Shown: positions 1 to 11,995 of the stretch, one piece after another
How the letters are laid out: each line of letters begins with the position of its first letter
Position numbering within the stretch: position 1 is the first letter of the stretch
Origin: Gammaproteobacteria bacterium
Lineage (GTDB): Bacteria > Pseudomonadota > Gammaproteobacteria > GCA-002705445 > GCA-002716945
Length of the DNA: 64,000 nt
Direction of reading: 5' to 3'
NCBI GenBank assembly: GCA_038142325.1
Contig: JAYQJW010000002.1
Span: 619,328 to 683,327 of the forward strand
The notes under the pieces: generated by a model
Database searches by the model: none
What the model saw: only the letters and a program-made list of their open reading frames with translations
What the model was told of the DNA's origin: nothing
Program-made: the position numbers and the translations under genes

Positions 1-21
1 ATCAATTTCTATTCTAGACAT
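1..21 (-). CDS. 5' end of a gene running off the window, possibly lumazine synthase (ribH)
   Basis: ATG TCT AGA ATA GAA ATT GAT begins immediately after the ribB stop; identity inferred only from the usual ribD-ribE-ribB-ribH order. Confidence 0.3.
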
Positions 22-22
22 T

Positions 23-1111
23 TTACTTAGTGATGTGTTTGACAACTTCTAAACCAAAAGCATTGATGCCATGATATTTTTTTGGCGCACTCATTAAATG
101 CATCTTTCTTACCCCTAGGTCATTTAGTATTTGAGCTCCAATACCAACTGTTCGATAATCCTCATACACTCCTTTGTTTGATTTCTTTTGTTGGATAAGT
201 TCAATATTTGAAGTGTCATGCTCAGACATTGTGTTTGTAATATATACAAGAACACCCTGTTTAGATTTAGCAATTTTTTTCAAAGCATCATCAATTGGCC
301 AACTACTAGGTGATAGTAAACCAATAGCGTCCGTGAGTGTATTTTGAACATGTACACGAGTAAGCGTTGGTTTTTCAGGTGAAATTTTATTTTTAACTAG
401 GGCAAAGTGAATATTGGATGTAAGAATATCCTTATAAAAGATTGATGTAAAAGGACCATGTTTAGTCTTAATAGTTTGTTGGCTAATTCTTTGAATTGTT
501 TTTTCATTAGAAATTCGATATTTAATTAGCTCTTCAATTGTCCCAATTTTTAAGTTATGTTTTTTAGCGAATAGTATTAAATCCTTCTTTCTTGCCATCG
601 TCCCATCTTCATTTAATATTTCTACAATGACAGAAGACGGTTCTAAGCCGGCTAACCTTGCAAGATCACAACCTGCTTCGGTATGTCCAGCGCGTGTCAG
701 AACCCCACCATTTTTTGCCATAATAGGAAATATATGTCCTGGGCGAGCAAAATCATTCGCTTTTGCGTTTTTCTTAACTGCCGCGTTAATTGTTTTAGCT
801 CTGTCTGATGCTGAAATACCAGTTGTGACGCCTCTGATAGCATCAATTGAGACAGTAAAGTTTGTCTCTTTTGAGGTTTCACCACCGCTTTGTTTTAACA
901 GTGAGAGATTGAGAGCCTTACATCTTGATTCTGTTAAAGTAAGACAGATTAAACCTCGACCTTTAGATGCCATAAAATTAATATCTGAAGGCTTCACAAA
1001 TTGAGACGCCATAATTAAGTCTCCCTCATTTTCTCTATTCTCATCATCCATAATAATGACCATATCGCCTTTCTTGATCGATTCAATAATTTCATCAATT
1101 TTATTAATCAT
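23..1111 (-). CDS. ribB: 3,4-dihydroxy-2-butanone-4-phosphate synthase fused to a degenerate GTP cyclohydrolase II-like domain (RibBX type)
   Basis: DDENRENEGD, TGISASDRA, RPGHIFP, RAGHTEA motifs; C-terminal domain (RVH..., YRTVGIGAQIL) lacks the Zn-binding cysteines. Confidence 0.93.
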   Translation of the reverse strand: MINKIDEIIESIKKGDMVIIMDDENRENEGDLIMASQFVKPSDINFMASKGRGLICLTLTESRCKALNLSLLKQSGGETSKETNFTVSIDAIRGVTTGISASDRAKTINAAVKKNAKANDFARPGHIFPIMAKNGGVLTRAGHTEAGCDLARLAGLEPSSVIVEILNEDGTMARKKDLILFAKKHNLKIGTIEELIKYRISNEKTIQRISQQTIKTKHGPFTSIFYKDILTSNIHFALVKNKISPEKPTLTRVHVQNTLTDAIGLLSPSSWPIDDALKKIAKSKQGVLVYITNTMSEHDTSNIELIQQKKSNKGVYEDYRTVGIGAQILNDLGVRKMHLMSAPKKYHGINAFGLEVVKHITK

Positions 1112-1691
1112 TATTTTTACCTAATTTTTCAATGTACTTTGCAAGAACATCTATCTCTATATTTAAGACACTTCCAGCTTTACAATATTTAAAAGTAGTA
1201 TTCTCATATGTGTGCGGGATTATCATAACAGTAAACTCGTTTTCCATCACCTCATTTACAGTCAAGCTAACACCATTAATCGAAATAGAGCCTTTTTGAA
1301 TTATATATCTCATATATTTAGATTCTAATTTAAATTTTACATACCATGAGTTTTCAATTTTATATAATTCAGATATTTCAGATGTTGTGTCAACGTGGCC
1401 TTGAACAATATGTCCTGATAATAATTTATTGACTGTGAGAGATTTCTCTAAATTTACAAAATCTCCTTTACTGATGAATTTAAAATTAGAAAGATTATAA
1501 GTTTCAGGGGAAATACTAAATGTGTAAAAAGAATTGTTTATATTTTCAACCGTTAAGCAAACCCCATTAACACAAATACTATCCCCTAATGACGAATTAA
1601 AACCATCAAAACCAATACATAGTTTATGCGATACTTCATCTTTAGTTAACGATTCAACTTTACCTATTTTTTCGATGATACCTGTGAACAT
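1104..1691 (-). CDS. ribE: riboflavin synthase alpha chain
   Basis: MFTGII N-terminus, GDSICVNGVCLT, GHIVQGHVD, KGSISINGVSLT. Confidence 0.96.
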   Translation of the reverse strand: MFTGIIEKIGKVESLTKDEVSHKLCIGFDGFNSSLGDSICVNGVCLTVENINNSFYTFSISPETYNLSNFKFISKGDFVNLEKSLTVNKLLSGHIVQGHVDTTSEISELYKIENSWYVKFKLESKYMRYIIQKGSISINGVSLTVNEVMENEFTVMIIPHTYENTTFKYCKAGSVLNIEIDVLAKYIEKLGKNND

Positions 1692-2802
1692 TATTGTTTT
1701 CTCATATTTATGTATAAATCATTATCAATTGGTATAATAATTTTTAATTTGAAAAAGAAATTTTTTCTTTTAATTTTTTTATTGCATTTATACCTGAAAA
1801 ATTTATTCCATGTTGACCTATTATCTTTAGGTGCAACATAAAGTGTCAGTTCGTCAATAGCATTTTCCTCTAACAGTGACTTTGTTAATGTACCTCCACA
1901 TTCAACTAAAATATCATTTAAATTATATGTATTAGCAATATCATAAACATCTCGTAAAGATATTTTATTATTAACTGTAGGAACATACTTAATGATAACA
2001 TTATCCTTGTATGTCTTTATTGGAGAATTAGTTGTATTTTTTATATCTGTAATTATGATAACTAATCGATTCTTCGTTTTAAAAATATTTGAATTGTAAG
2101 GGACTCTTAACTTTGAATCTAAGATTATCAATGCAGGCTGATTCGCAATAAGCCCTGTAATTTTTTTATCTCTGATATTCATGTATGGATTATCTTCGAT
2201 TATAGTATTTGAGGTGGTAAGTATAGCGTTCACCTCAGCTCTTTGGCTTTGAACAAATTTTCTTGATTTAATTGAAGTGATCCATTTACTCTCTTTTCTT
2301 TGATTTGCAATCTTACCATCTAGTGATACGCCAAACTTAAGTCTAAGATATGGTTTGCTATGAGAAAATTTATAAAAAAAGATTTATTTAATTCAATGGC
2401 CTCATCTTCACAAATACCTGTAGTTACCTCAATCCCATTATCTTTAAGTTTATTGATACTCTTTTCATTTACTAATGGATTAGGGTCTTTTGAGGCAATC
2501 ACTACTCTAGAGATTTTGTTTTTTATAATCAAATCTACGCAAGGAGGTGTGTTTCCATGGTGACAACAGGGCTCAAGAGTAACATACATAGTTGCACCAT
2601 TAAGGCTATGTTTAGTTTTATCAATGGCTTCTCTTTCTGCATGTTTACCTCTGAATCTTCTGTGAAATCCTTTGCTCAGTATTTTGTTGTCTTTTACAAT
2701 AACTGCACCAACAAGTGGGTTAGGATGAGTTCTGTAATTACCCTTTTTAGCTAGCTCAATAGCCATAGTCATAAACTTTATGTCTTCAAGTTTACTCATC
2801 AA
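1691..2802 (-). CDS. ribD: riboflavin biosynthesis deaminase/reductase RibD (split by frameshift)
   Basis: PNPLVGAVIV, HAE, TLEPCCHHGNTPPC deaminase motifs (2320-2802); reductase part ILDSKLR, LVECGGTL (1691-2233). Confidence 0.92.
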
Positions 2803-3292
2803 TTTCTATCTGGTTCTGATTTTTAAGCATACTTGGTGTAGGTTGCTTCTCTAAATTTTCAATAATTGTTTTAAATGAATTAACGTCATTAAAACTTAAA
2901 TACACAGAGGCAAATCTTAAGTAAGCAACTTGATCAACTGAGATTATTTCCCTCATAATTATTTCGCCTATTTCTTTAGAGGGTATTTCTTTGCTAGGGT
3001 ACTGCGAGCATTTAGTTAATACCTTCTGGACTAATTCATCTATTTCATCAATTGATATCTTTCTTTTTTCAAATGCTCTGTTAATACCTCTCCGAATTTT
3101 TGTTTCATTGAAGATCTCGCTTGATTCGTCAGTTTTAATCACTCTTGGATAATTAAGTTCAGATGTTTCAAGAGTGTTAAATCTTGCTTTGCATGACAAA
3201 CACTCTCGCCTTCTTTTGATAGAATAAGAATCCTCATTGAATCTAGAGTCAATGACTTTAGTTTCTGCTGAGCCACAAAACGGGCAGCGCAT
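2792..3292 (-). CDS. nrdR: transcriptional repressor NrdR
   Basis: MRCPFCG...VIDSR...RRRECLSC Zn ribbon; ATP cone; DQVAYLRFASVY. Confidence 0.97.
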   Translation of the reverse strand: MRCPFCGSAETKVIDSRFNEDSYSIKRRRECLSCKARFNTLETSELNYPRVIKTDESSEIFNETKIRRGINRAFEKRKISIDEIDELVQKVLTKCSQYPSKEIPSKEIGEIIMREIISVDQVAYLRFASVYLSFNDVNSFKTIIENLEKQPTPSMLKNQNQIEIDE

Positions 3293-3299
3293 ATTTCTC

Positions 3300-4570
3300 T
3301 TAAGCTACAGCTTGTTTACTAGATGAATAGACAGGAAACTGAGAACAAAGATTAATGACTTTATCTTTAATTTTTTTGATCTCTTCCTCATTGTCTATAT
3401 TTTCTAGAACATCACAGATTAAATTTCCAAGTATTTTAGTCTCGTTTTCTTTAAACCCGCGAGTGGTAATTGCAGGTGTGCCCAAACGAATCCCGCTCGT
3501 CACAAATGGAGATTGCGGATCATTGGGAACAGAGTTTTTGTTTACTGTAATATTAGCACTGTGTAGTGCAGCATCTGCAGCCTTACCTGTAAGTCCCTGC
3601 TTAACTAAACTTACAAGCATTAGATGATTTTTTGTACCGCCAGATACCACCTCATATCCACGTTCCATCATTGTATTAGCAAGAACATTAGCGTTAGTAA
3701 TAACTTGTTGCATATATTCTTTGAACTCTGGCTCAAGCGCCTCTTTAAAGGCAACAGCTTTAGCTGCAATTACATGCATTAATGGACCACCTTGGGTTCC
3801 TGGGAATACTAATGAGTTGAATTTTTTTCAAGTTCTTCATTTGATTTACAAATAATTATTCCACCCCTTGGACCTCTCAAAGTTTTGTGTGTTGTAGATG
3901 TAACGACATCTGCAAAAGGAACTGGATTAGGATATACGCCAGCAGCTACTAAACCTGAAACGTGAGCCATATCAACATGAAAGTATGCCCCAACAGATTT
4001 TGCTATCTCAGACATTCTCTTCCAATCTATTATTTGTGAGTAAGCAGAGAATCCGCCTATTAGCATTTTTGGTTTATGTTCGTTTGCTAGTCTTTCAACT
4101 TCATCATAATCTATCAGACCATCCTCATTAATTCCGTACTGGACAGCATTAAAGATTTTACCGGAAAAGTTTACTTTCGCACCATGTGTGAGATGTCCGC
4201 CAGCATCTAGGGACATGCCTAAAATTGTGTCACCAGGTTTAAGAAGGGCTAGATATACAGCAGCGTTCGCTTGTGATCCTGAATGCGGTTGAACGTTGGC
4301 ATAATCTGCGCCATATAGCTCTTTCAATCTGTCTATAGCAAGCTGCTCAGCAACATCCACGTTTTCACAGCCCCCATAATAACGCTTACCTGGATAACCT
4401 TCTGCATATTTGTTAGTCATGAGTGATCCTTGAGCCTCCAAAACTCTAGGGCTAGCATAGTTTTCAGAAGCAATTAGCTCTACATGCTCCTCTTGTCTTT
4501 TAATCTCATTTTTCATTGCTTCGTTCAATTCACTATCAAAACCAGCAATTTTCATATCCATTGTAAACAT
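3300..4570 (-). CDS. glyA: serine hydroxymethyltransferase (split by frameshift near 3800)
   Basis: [49 protein letters not shown]. Confidence 0.96.
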
Positions 4571-4630
4571 TATTGTCTCCGTTAAATTCTAATTCAGCCT
4601 AAAAATTTTAACACCTACATGAAATTTTGT

Positions 4631-6356
4631 CTAAATATCAATGCCGATATTATCATTTTCCCCGATAACGTTAATTTTTGTAGAATTATCTATTTTATAT
4701 GTCCCAATTGACTTTAAGTAGTCCTCAGCAACTTTCCAAATAGGTTCACCTGACTCAATATTATTAACACTTGCCCATCCACTTACCTTATATTTCTTAT
4801 TATTTTTGATAGGTAAATCATTGTTTAATCTAAGATTTGATATTCTATTATTTATTTTATTTTTTGGATTTATCGTGTACTTTATACCTCTCGTCCGCAC
4901 CATATCACCACCTTGCTGAAGATAAGGATCGATATTGAAAATATTATCGGCAACATCCTCAAGTATGTTTTTAATCGTTAAACCGTCCATTTCCCTGATA
5001 TAAGTGTTTGGATATGTTATAGCTGTATGATTGTATATATCATTTAAGCTAATAGCTTGATTTGGGAGTAAAGTTGCACCCCATCTAAATCCTGGGCTTA
5101 GTGATATTTCAGTGTCTAATACCGCATTCATTGAGTCACATAAAAAATCGTCAAATGTCCCATTAAAATTACTTCTTCTATAAAGCGTATCGCTTGTGTA
5201 ACCAATTTTTTGACTTAGCAATTTATCATATGGTTTCGACACTTTCGTTATAAAACTTTCCATTTGGGAATTTTTAGTTAATGCAGATGATAATATTGGA
5301 ATTAAATTATATCGGTATATATATGAATTATCTTTGAATTCTATGTCCAACATAGAAATAAATTTCCCATTGCAACCTGAATTTATTACTATGGTTTCAC
5401 CGGATTTATTTTTTACTGATATAGGCCTAGGAACAGCATCATGCGTGTGACCGCCAAGTATAAAATCAATTCCCTCTACTCTACTAGCTAATTTTTTATC
5501 TACATCAATTCCATTATGTGACAACAGAACTACTAGGTCAGGTTTATGCTTATTTTTTACCTTATTTATGGTTGATTGTAGCTCCTGTTCTCTAATACCA
5601 AAAGTTAAATTCGAGACAAATCTTGATGGATTGGCTATTGGTGTATAAGGGAAAGCTTGTCCGATTACAGCTATCTTCCTGCCATTTAACTCTCTTATAG
5701 TAAATGGTTTTTGAAAGTGATTATCCTCATTGTATGCCTCAATATCATTAAATATAGCCTCATCATTCAGAAAGACATTATTTGCTATAAATTATCCATT
5801 AAATTTAGATAGATTTTTTTTAAATTGCTCTTCACCGAATGTAAATTCCCAATGACCGGTCATTATATCTACGCCTAAAATATTTGAGGCTTCGACCATA
5901 TCCATTCCGTTTAAAAATAAAGAAATTGCAGAACCTTGCCAAGTATCTCCACCATCAAGAAGAAGAGAATTACCTTCTGCCTCTCCTCTCAATTGCTCTA
6001 CTGCAGTTTTTAAGTATGCATATCCTCCAAACTTGCCATACCTACTTGCAAGTTCATTATAGTTTAGGTAGCTATAAACATATTTATTAAAGTCACCATC
6101 TAAAGAATAAAAGTTTAAAAAATTTTCTCCAACAATGTGTGGAGGAACATTTTTATTAAACCCAGTTCCTAGATTAATATTTGGTTCTCTGAAATAAGAT
6201 GGCATTAATTGTGCATGCGTATCAGTAATGTGTAGTAGCCTAATATCAGAATTAAAGGAGTAATTATAATTAATAGTTATTGCTTGCATTAGCACTTGTC
6301 TTAAAGCCAGCAAGGTAAGCTGCAGCTAATAATTGTAAAAATTCTCTTCTATTCAT
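4631..6356 (-). CDS. soxB: thiosulfohydrolase SoxB with Tat signal peptide (split by frameshifts)
   Basis: ATG at 6356 reads MNRREFLQLLAAA (Tat); LLHITDTHAQL..YFREP, LLDGGDTWQG, MTGHWEFT, SHNG.DVD, GGHTHD, SPGFRWG, EDVADNIFN.DPY.QQGGDMVR. Confidence 0.9.
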
Positions 6357-6883
6357 TTATATATAGCCTTATAACTTTTTAGAATTATGATAGCTAAAAT
6401 TAAAAAGGTAAATATAAATAAGTAAATATAATCTGCTTTAATGATGAAATAGATATGCATCAATATAAAAAAATATATTAAGTAAACTACTTTATGAAGC
6501 TTTCTCCAATTTGTTATTCTATTTTTAAAATAATCAAATGAGGTAATGTACATTGGTATAAAAAAAAGCAATGCAATATATCCAGAAATTATATAGTTAC
6601 GATATAATGCATCCTCAATTAGATAATTAACATCATAATTATTATCAAATATATATAATAAAAGATGAAATATTGCTGAGTAGAAGGATACCAGCCCAAA
6701 AGTTCTGATTTCCATTTTAAGACTATTTAGATTTGTAAGAGGTAAAATTAATACAATTACAAGATAAATTAATGAGAGATATCCAGTTGCTGTTATGAGA
6801 TAACTAAATTTATTAATAATACTCTCATTAATAAAAATATAACTAAGTAATAATATTAGAGGTATTATGAGTAAAGCAAACAC
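6353..6883 (-). CDS. msrQ: heme-binding membrane subunit MsrQ (YedZ)
   Basis: hydrophobic ferric-reductase-like protein with FH, WRKLHKVVYLIY...H motifs, directly downstream of msrP. Confidence 0.85.
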   Translation of the reverse strand: MFALLIIPLILLLSYIFINESIINKFSYLITATGYLSLIYLVIVLILPLTNLNSLKMEIRTFGLVSFYSAIFHLLLYIFDNNYDVNYLIEDALYRNYIISGYIALLFFIPMYITSFDYFKNRITNWRKLHKVVYLIYFFILMHIYFIIKADYIYLFIFTFLILAIIILKSYKAIYK

Positions 6884-6886
6884 GAT

Positions 6887-7810
6887 TTAGAAATCTTTTG
6901 TTAAATCCATTCCCTCATATAAGTGTGCAACGTAGTCGGAATAACCATTGAACATCAAAGTATCTCTCTTTTTAAATTCTCCTATCCTTCTCTCACGCTT
7001 TTGACTCCATCTGGGGTGAGAGACATATGGATTCACATTAGAATAAAACCCATATTCGGAAGGCGCTTCAAGATTCCATGAAGTATCCGGGATATTTTCA
7101 ACAAAACTAATTTTTTTAATTGATTTAATACTTTTAAATCCATATTTCCATGGAACGATCAAACGTATTGGACTTCCATTTTGATTTGGTAAAATTCTAC
7201 CATACAAACCAACTGATAAAATTGTAAGAGGGTTCATTGCTTCATCGAGTCTAAGTCCCTCTCTATATGGCCATGCAAGTATATTTCTTTTTTGACCAGG
7301 TAAATTTTCAGGATCATACACGGATTCAAAAGCCACATACTTAGCTTTATATGTCGGTTTAGCAAGTTTTATGATTTGGTTAAGTTCAAAACCAATCCAT
7401 GGTACAACCATTGACCAAGCTTCTACACAACGAAGTCTATAAATTCTCTCTTCTAATGGAAATTTATTTACAAAGTCATCTTTATTTAGTATGAATTTAT
7501 TTTCTACCTCACCTTCAACAGAGACTGTCCAGTCCTCAGTATTAAGTTTACTGGCATTCATCATAGGGTCTCTTTTCCCGCTACCCAATTCATAAAAATT
7601 ATTATAAGAGCTTATTTGCTTGAAAGTGTTAGTTTGCTCATTAGTGCTATACTTAAGATCTTTAGTAAAAGTTAGCTGATTATTTTTAGAAAACAATAAA
7701 TTAGAAAATGTTAGCAAAGAAAAAGCAAGAGATGATTTGATAATTGCTCTCCTTTGTCTAAAAAGATTTTCATCAGTTACATTACTTTCTTTGAGACAAT
7801 ACTTAGACAT
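6887..7810 (-). CDS. msrP: periplasmic protein-methionine-sulfoxide reductase molybdoenzyme MsrP (YedY)
   Basis: Tat RR motif, [50 protein letters not shown]. Confidence 0.96.
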   Translation of the reverse strand: MSKYCLKESNVTDENLFRQRRAIIKSSLAFSLLTFSNLLFSKNNQLTFTKDLKYSTNEQTNTFKQISSYNNFYELGSGKRDPMMNASKLNTEDWTVSVEGEVENKFILNKDDFVNKFPLEERIYRLRCVEAWSMVVPWIGFELNQIIKLAKPTYKAKYVAFESVYDPENLPGQKRNILAWPYREGLRLDEAMNPLTILSVGLYGRILPNQNGSPIRLIVPWKYGFKSIKSIKKISFVENIPDTSWNLEAPSEYGFYSNVNPYVSHPRWSQKRERRIGEFKKRDTLMFNGYSDYVAHLYEGMDLTKDF

Positions 7811-10800
7811 TACCTATCCATTCTCTTGCATTATAAAACATCTTCATCCATGGAGAATTTTTCCATTTTTTTGGTGCCCAAGAAAAATTATCGATACATG
7901 CGAGTCTTTCTGGGTGAGGCATCATAATGTTAATTCTACCATCATTATTACAAAAACCCGTAGCACCATCAGTAGAACCATTGGGATTAAATGGATATTC
8001 TTCTGTATATTGACCAGATGGATTAACAAATCTCAGAGTTGTCTTTTTAATATCTTTTTTATTTTTAACAGATATTCTACCTTCTCCATGAGATACGATT
8101 ATTGGCAATGTAGAATTATGCATATCTTTGAAGAATATAGAATTCGATTTAGGAATTTTTACCAAAACCTGCCTTGCTTCAAATTGATTTGAATTATTAG
8201 AAATGAACTCTAGGCCAATGATTAGCTCCTGGTATTATAGATTTAAGATGAGATAACATTTGACAGCCATTACAAACGCCTAGTGAGAATTTATTTTTAT
8301 TATTGAAAAAAAGTGATAACGCATCATAAGCTTTGCGGTTATATATAATTTTATTTGCCCATCCTCGGCCTGCCCCTAAAACATCTCCGTATGAAAAACC
8401 ACCGCAAGCCACAAGGCCGTTATATTGATTTAAAATATCAGGGTGATTAATAATGTCATTTGTAGTTACATCAAAACACTCAAAGCCAGCAAGCATAAAC
8501 GCATTAGCCATTTCTTTGTGCCCATTAACTCCCTGCTCTCTAAATATTGCTATTTTTGGCTTTTTCTTTGTAGACAAATATCTTTTAGGCTTTAAATTAA
8601 TAGAAAACGTGAGTCTTGTTGTATCAGTCGTATTGACGTGTTTGTGTGATTGAATTTTAGCCTTATATTCTGATAAGGCTGTTTTTTTGTTATCTCGTTG
8701 AGACTGAATTAAATATGATAGCTCACTCCAGTATTTTCTAAGTGTACTTAAAAATTCATTGTAATTCATAGATTGAATGGATAGCTTAGGGTTTAAATCT
8801 TTTTTAGATTACCAATTTTATGCAGACATTGAGTAAGATTATATTTATCAACCAAAGATAAAAATGTTTTTTGATTTTGTTTTGAGATTGCAAAAACACC
8901 ACCAAGTTCCTCATTGAATAAAACTTTGATGATTTCAGAATTGTTTATTTCAAAATTATCTGTAATCACAGACATATTAGATGAAAAAGCCATTTCAATT
9001 AGACATGTAACTAAGCCTCCATCTGATCTATCATGATAAGCATTTAATATCTTTTTACTAAGAAGACTTTGAGTTAAATAAAAATAATTTATTAAATCAT
9101 TAATATCATGAATATTTGGTGTTTCATTTTTTGTAATATTTAGCGTTTGATTTAGTGCAGATCCGCCCATTCTATTTTTACCATGGCCCAGATCAATTAA
9201 ATAAAGATCTGAATTAACTTCAGACTGAGGTGTAACATAATCATTGACATCATCAATAGATGAGAATGCAGATAATATCAAACTTACTGGACTTTTAACT
9301 TCTTTATTGGCTTTATCTTTCCATTTTGTAGACATGGATAATGAATCTTTTCCAACAGGAATTATAATATTACATTTTTGACACAAGGATGAGAGTCGGT
9401 CAACAGATTGATATAAATTATGAAGCTCAGTCTTATCTGATGAATTAGCCATCCAATTAGCTGATAGTTTTATTTTATCCAATTGTTTGATTTGAACAGA
9501 TGCAAGATTTGTAATGATTTCGCCAAATGACATATCTATTGAATCTATTGAGCTAGTTGTAGCAATGCTTGGTCGCTCACCCATAGTCAGTACTTGACCA
9601 GATGATGAATTAATATCTGACTTTGTAATTGAAAAATTAGATACAGGAATTTGATTTGGTCCAATTAATTGATCTCTTGCAACTAAGCCAGTTACAGATC
9701 TATCGCCAATTGTAATAAGAAAGCCTTTGTCTGAAACAGATGGCAACTGAAGAACATTTTTTATACATGATCTTAATGCAGGATATTTATAATTTCCTAT
9801 ATTATTATCTTTGGAAGGTGTTGAAACTTTTATTTTATCAAGCGGGGGTTTACCAAGAAGGTATTTCATTGGTAAATCAATTGCTAAGTTTCCTCCATGA
9901 GAAACTTTCAATGATTTCTTTGTAGTTACGTGACCAATTAGATACTCTGGACAGTTCTCTCTTTCACAAATTTTTTTAAAGTCATAATAATTACTATCTT
10001 TGATAATTACTACGTATCTTTCTTGCGATTCATTACACCATATTTCTAGAGATGACATATTTTTTTCAGCAGTATGAACTTAGTCAATGTCTACAACTGC
10101 CCCCATATCAAAATCATTGACAATCTCTGGAACAGCATTACATAGTCCACCTGCTCCAATATCATGAATACTTATAATTGGATTTGTTTGTAAATAGGTG
10201 CACTTATTGATAACTTCTTGGCATCTCCTTTCTATTTCTGCGTTATCTCGTTGTACAGAAGCATAATCTAACTGTTCAGTGCTTGAACCAGACTGCATAG
10301 ATGATGCAGCGCCTCCACCGATGCCAATACGAAATGAGGGTCCACCTAGAATAACTATTACATCTCCCTGGCTCAGCTTTTTTTTACGTGTATATTTTTG
10401 GTTAATATAACCAATACCGCCAGCAATCATAATGGGTTTATGATATCCATTAATTTGATTCTTTATGCAATTTTCGTTTTGATCTTCATAGGTTCTAAAA
10501 TATCCAAAAATATTTGGTCTTCCAAACTCATTGTTATATCTGGCAGCTCCGATAGGAGCTTCTATTATTATTTCATGTGAAGATTTAATTCTACCTGGAT
10601 AACCAGTAGAATTTTTTTCCCATTGTTTTTCATGGTGAGGAATACTTAAATTAGATAATGTATAGCCACAAAAACCAACTTTAGGAGATGAACCTCTTCC
10701 TGTTGCGCCTTCATCTCTTATCTCTCCACCAGAACCTGTTGCTGCACCTGCATATGGTGATATAGCAGTAGGATGATTATGGGTTTCAGCTTTTATTATA

Positions 10801-11582
10801 TAGTTCTCTGGTGATTTGATTATTTTGTATTTGAATTGTTTATCTATAACTAATTCATTAATTTTTTTTCCTTTTATGATAGAAGAATTATCTTTATAAG
10901 CAGAAATAACATCTTTGTTAGACTTATATGTAGACTTAATCATTGAAAATAAAGTTTTATTTTTCTTCTTCCCATCAATAAAAAAAGTGGAGTTAAAAAT
11001 TTTATGTCTACAATGTTCTGAATTAATTTGTGAAAACATCATCAGCTCAACATCTGTTGGATCTCTTTTAAGTTTCAGGTAAACATTTTCTAAATATTTA
11101 ATTTCAGAGAGATTCATCGCTAAACCCATCTTATTATTTTCAGTTTCAATATTTTTTGTTGATATTTTTCTGAAATAATTTTTCTTAGGAAGAAATGTAT
11201 TATTTAGATATTTTCTAATTATATTTGATGATGATAAATATATTTCTGTCATCTGATCATATGGTGGCGAACATAGTCGAGAATCTTTGGATCTAATATA
11301 TAAATCTAGCTTTTCTATTTCATAATCAGAGAAACCTAAACATGAATCAAGAATATCTTTTGTTTTGCTAGACCATGGTGAATTTGTTCCTGACCTTGAA
11401 GCAATTGCAGAATACTTGTAATTAACACTAAATAGATTTTTAGTATATTTTGCATCAAGTATTCGAGATATTTTATCTATATTATTTGTATTTATTTTAT
11501 TAGTTGAACTTAGTGAAAAAAGGATATGATGCTTAGTTTTCTTATTGATTATTGTGCTATTTTTAATGAAGAAATAGTGCAT
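7803..11582 (-). CDS. purL: phosphoribosylformylglycinamidine synthase, large type (four fragments)
   Basis: [69 protein letters not shown]; start position uncertain. Confidence 0.93.
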
Positions 11583-11609
11583 TATGATGTATAGATATAG
11601 TAATACAAT

Positions 11610-11638
11610 TTGATTGTTTTTTCTAAATTATGTATAAA
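11610..11638 (+). promoter_or_regulatory. candidate sigma70 promoter of ssrA
   Basis: TTGATT-17 nt-TATAAA, 13 nt upstream of the tmRNA 5' end. Confidence 0.45.
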
Positions 11639-11651
11639 TAGTCTATCTCAA

Positions 11652-11995
11652 GGGGGCGACCGGCTTCGACGTGGGTTGCGATACCGGAGGTGCATATCGA
11701 GCTGATAGTAACTCGTTAAACTGCTGTAAAATATATAAACGCTGAAAATAAACCTTTAGCTCTAGCAGCCTAACTGCCGCTAGCCTCTCTCAGAGTAGGC
11801 TTATATGCTCAAACAGAGGTCATAATGATAAGATCGTAGTTCATAAGCTTGTTGGTGAACTATTAAATTTAAACAAGCTAGTTTTTATGTAGGTTGTCTT
11901 TAGCCAGCATAATTGCGAAATTTAATCAAAGACTATGCATGTAGTACCAATGGCTGAGTGCTCTCGGACGGGGGTTCGATTCCCCGCCTCCTCCA
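11652..11995 (+). ncRNA. ssrA: tmRNA
   Basis: 5' GGGGGCGACCGGCTTCGAC; tag frame 11741-11773 encodes AENKPLALAA*; 3' T-arm GGTTCGATTCC followed by acceptor strand and CCA. Confidence 0.95.
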
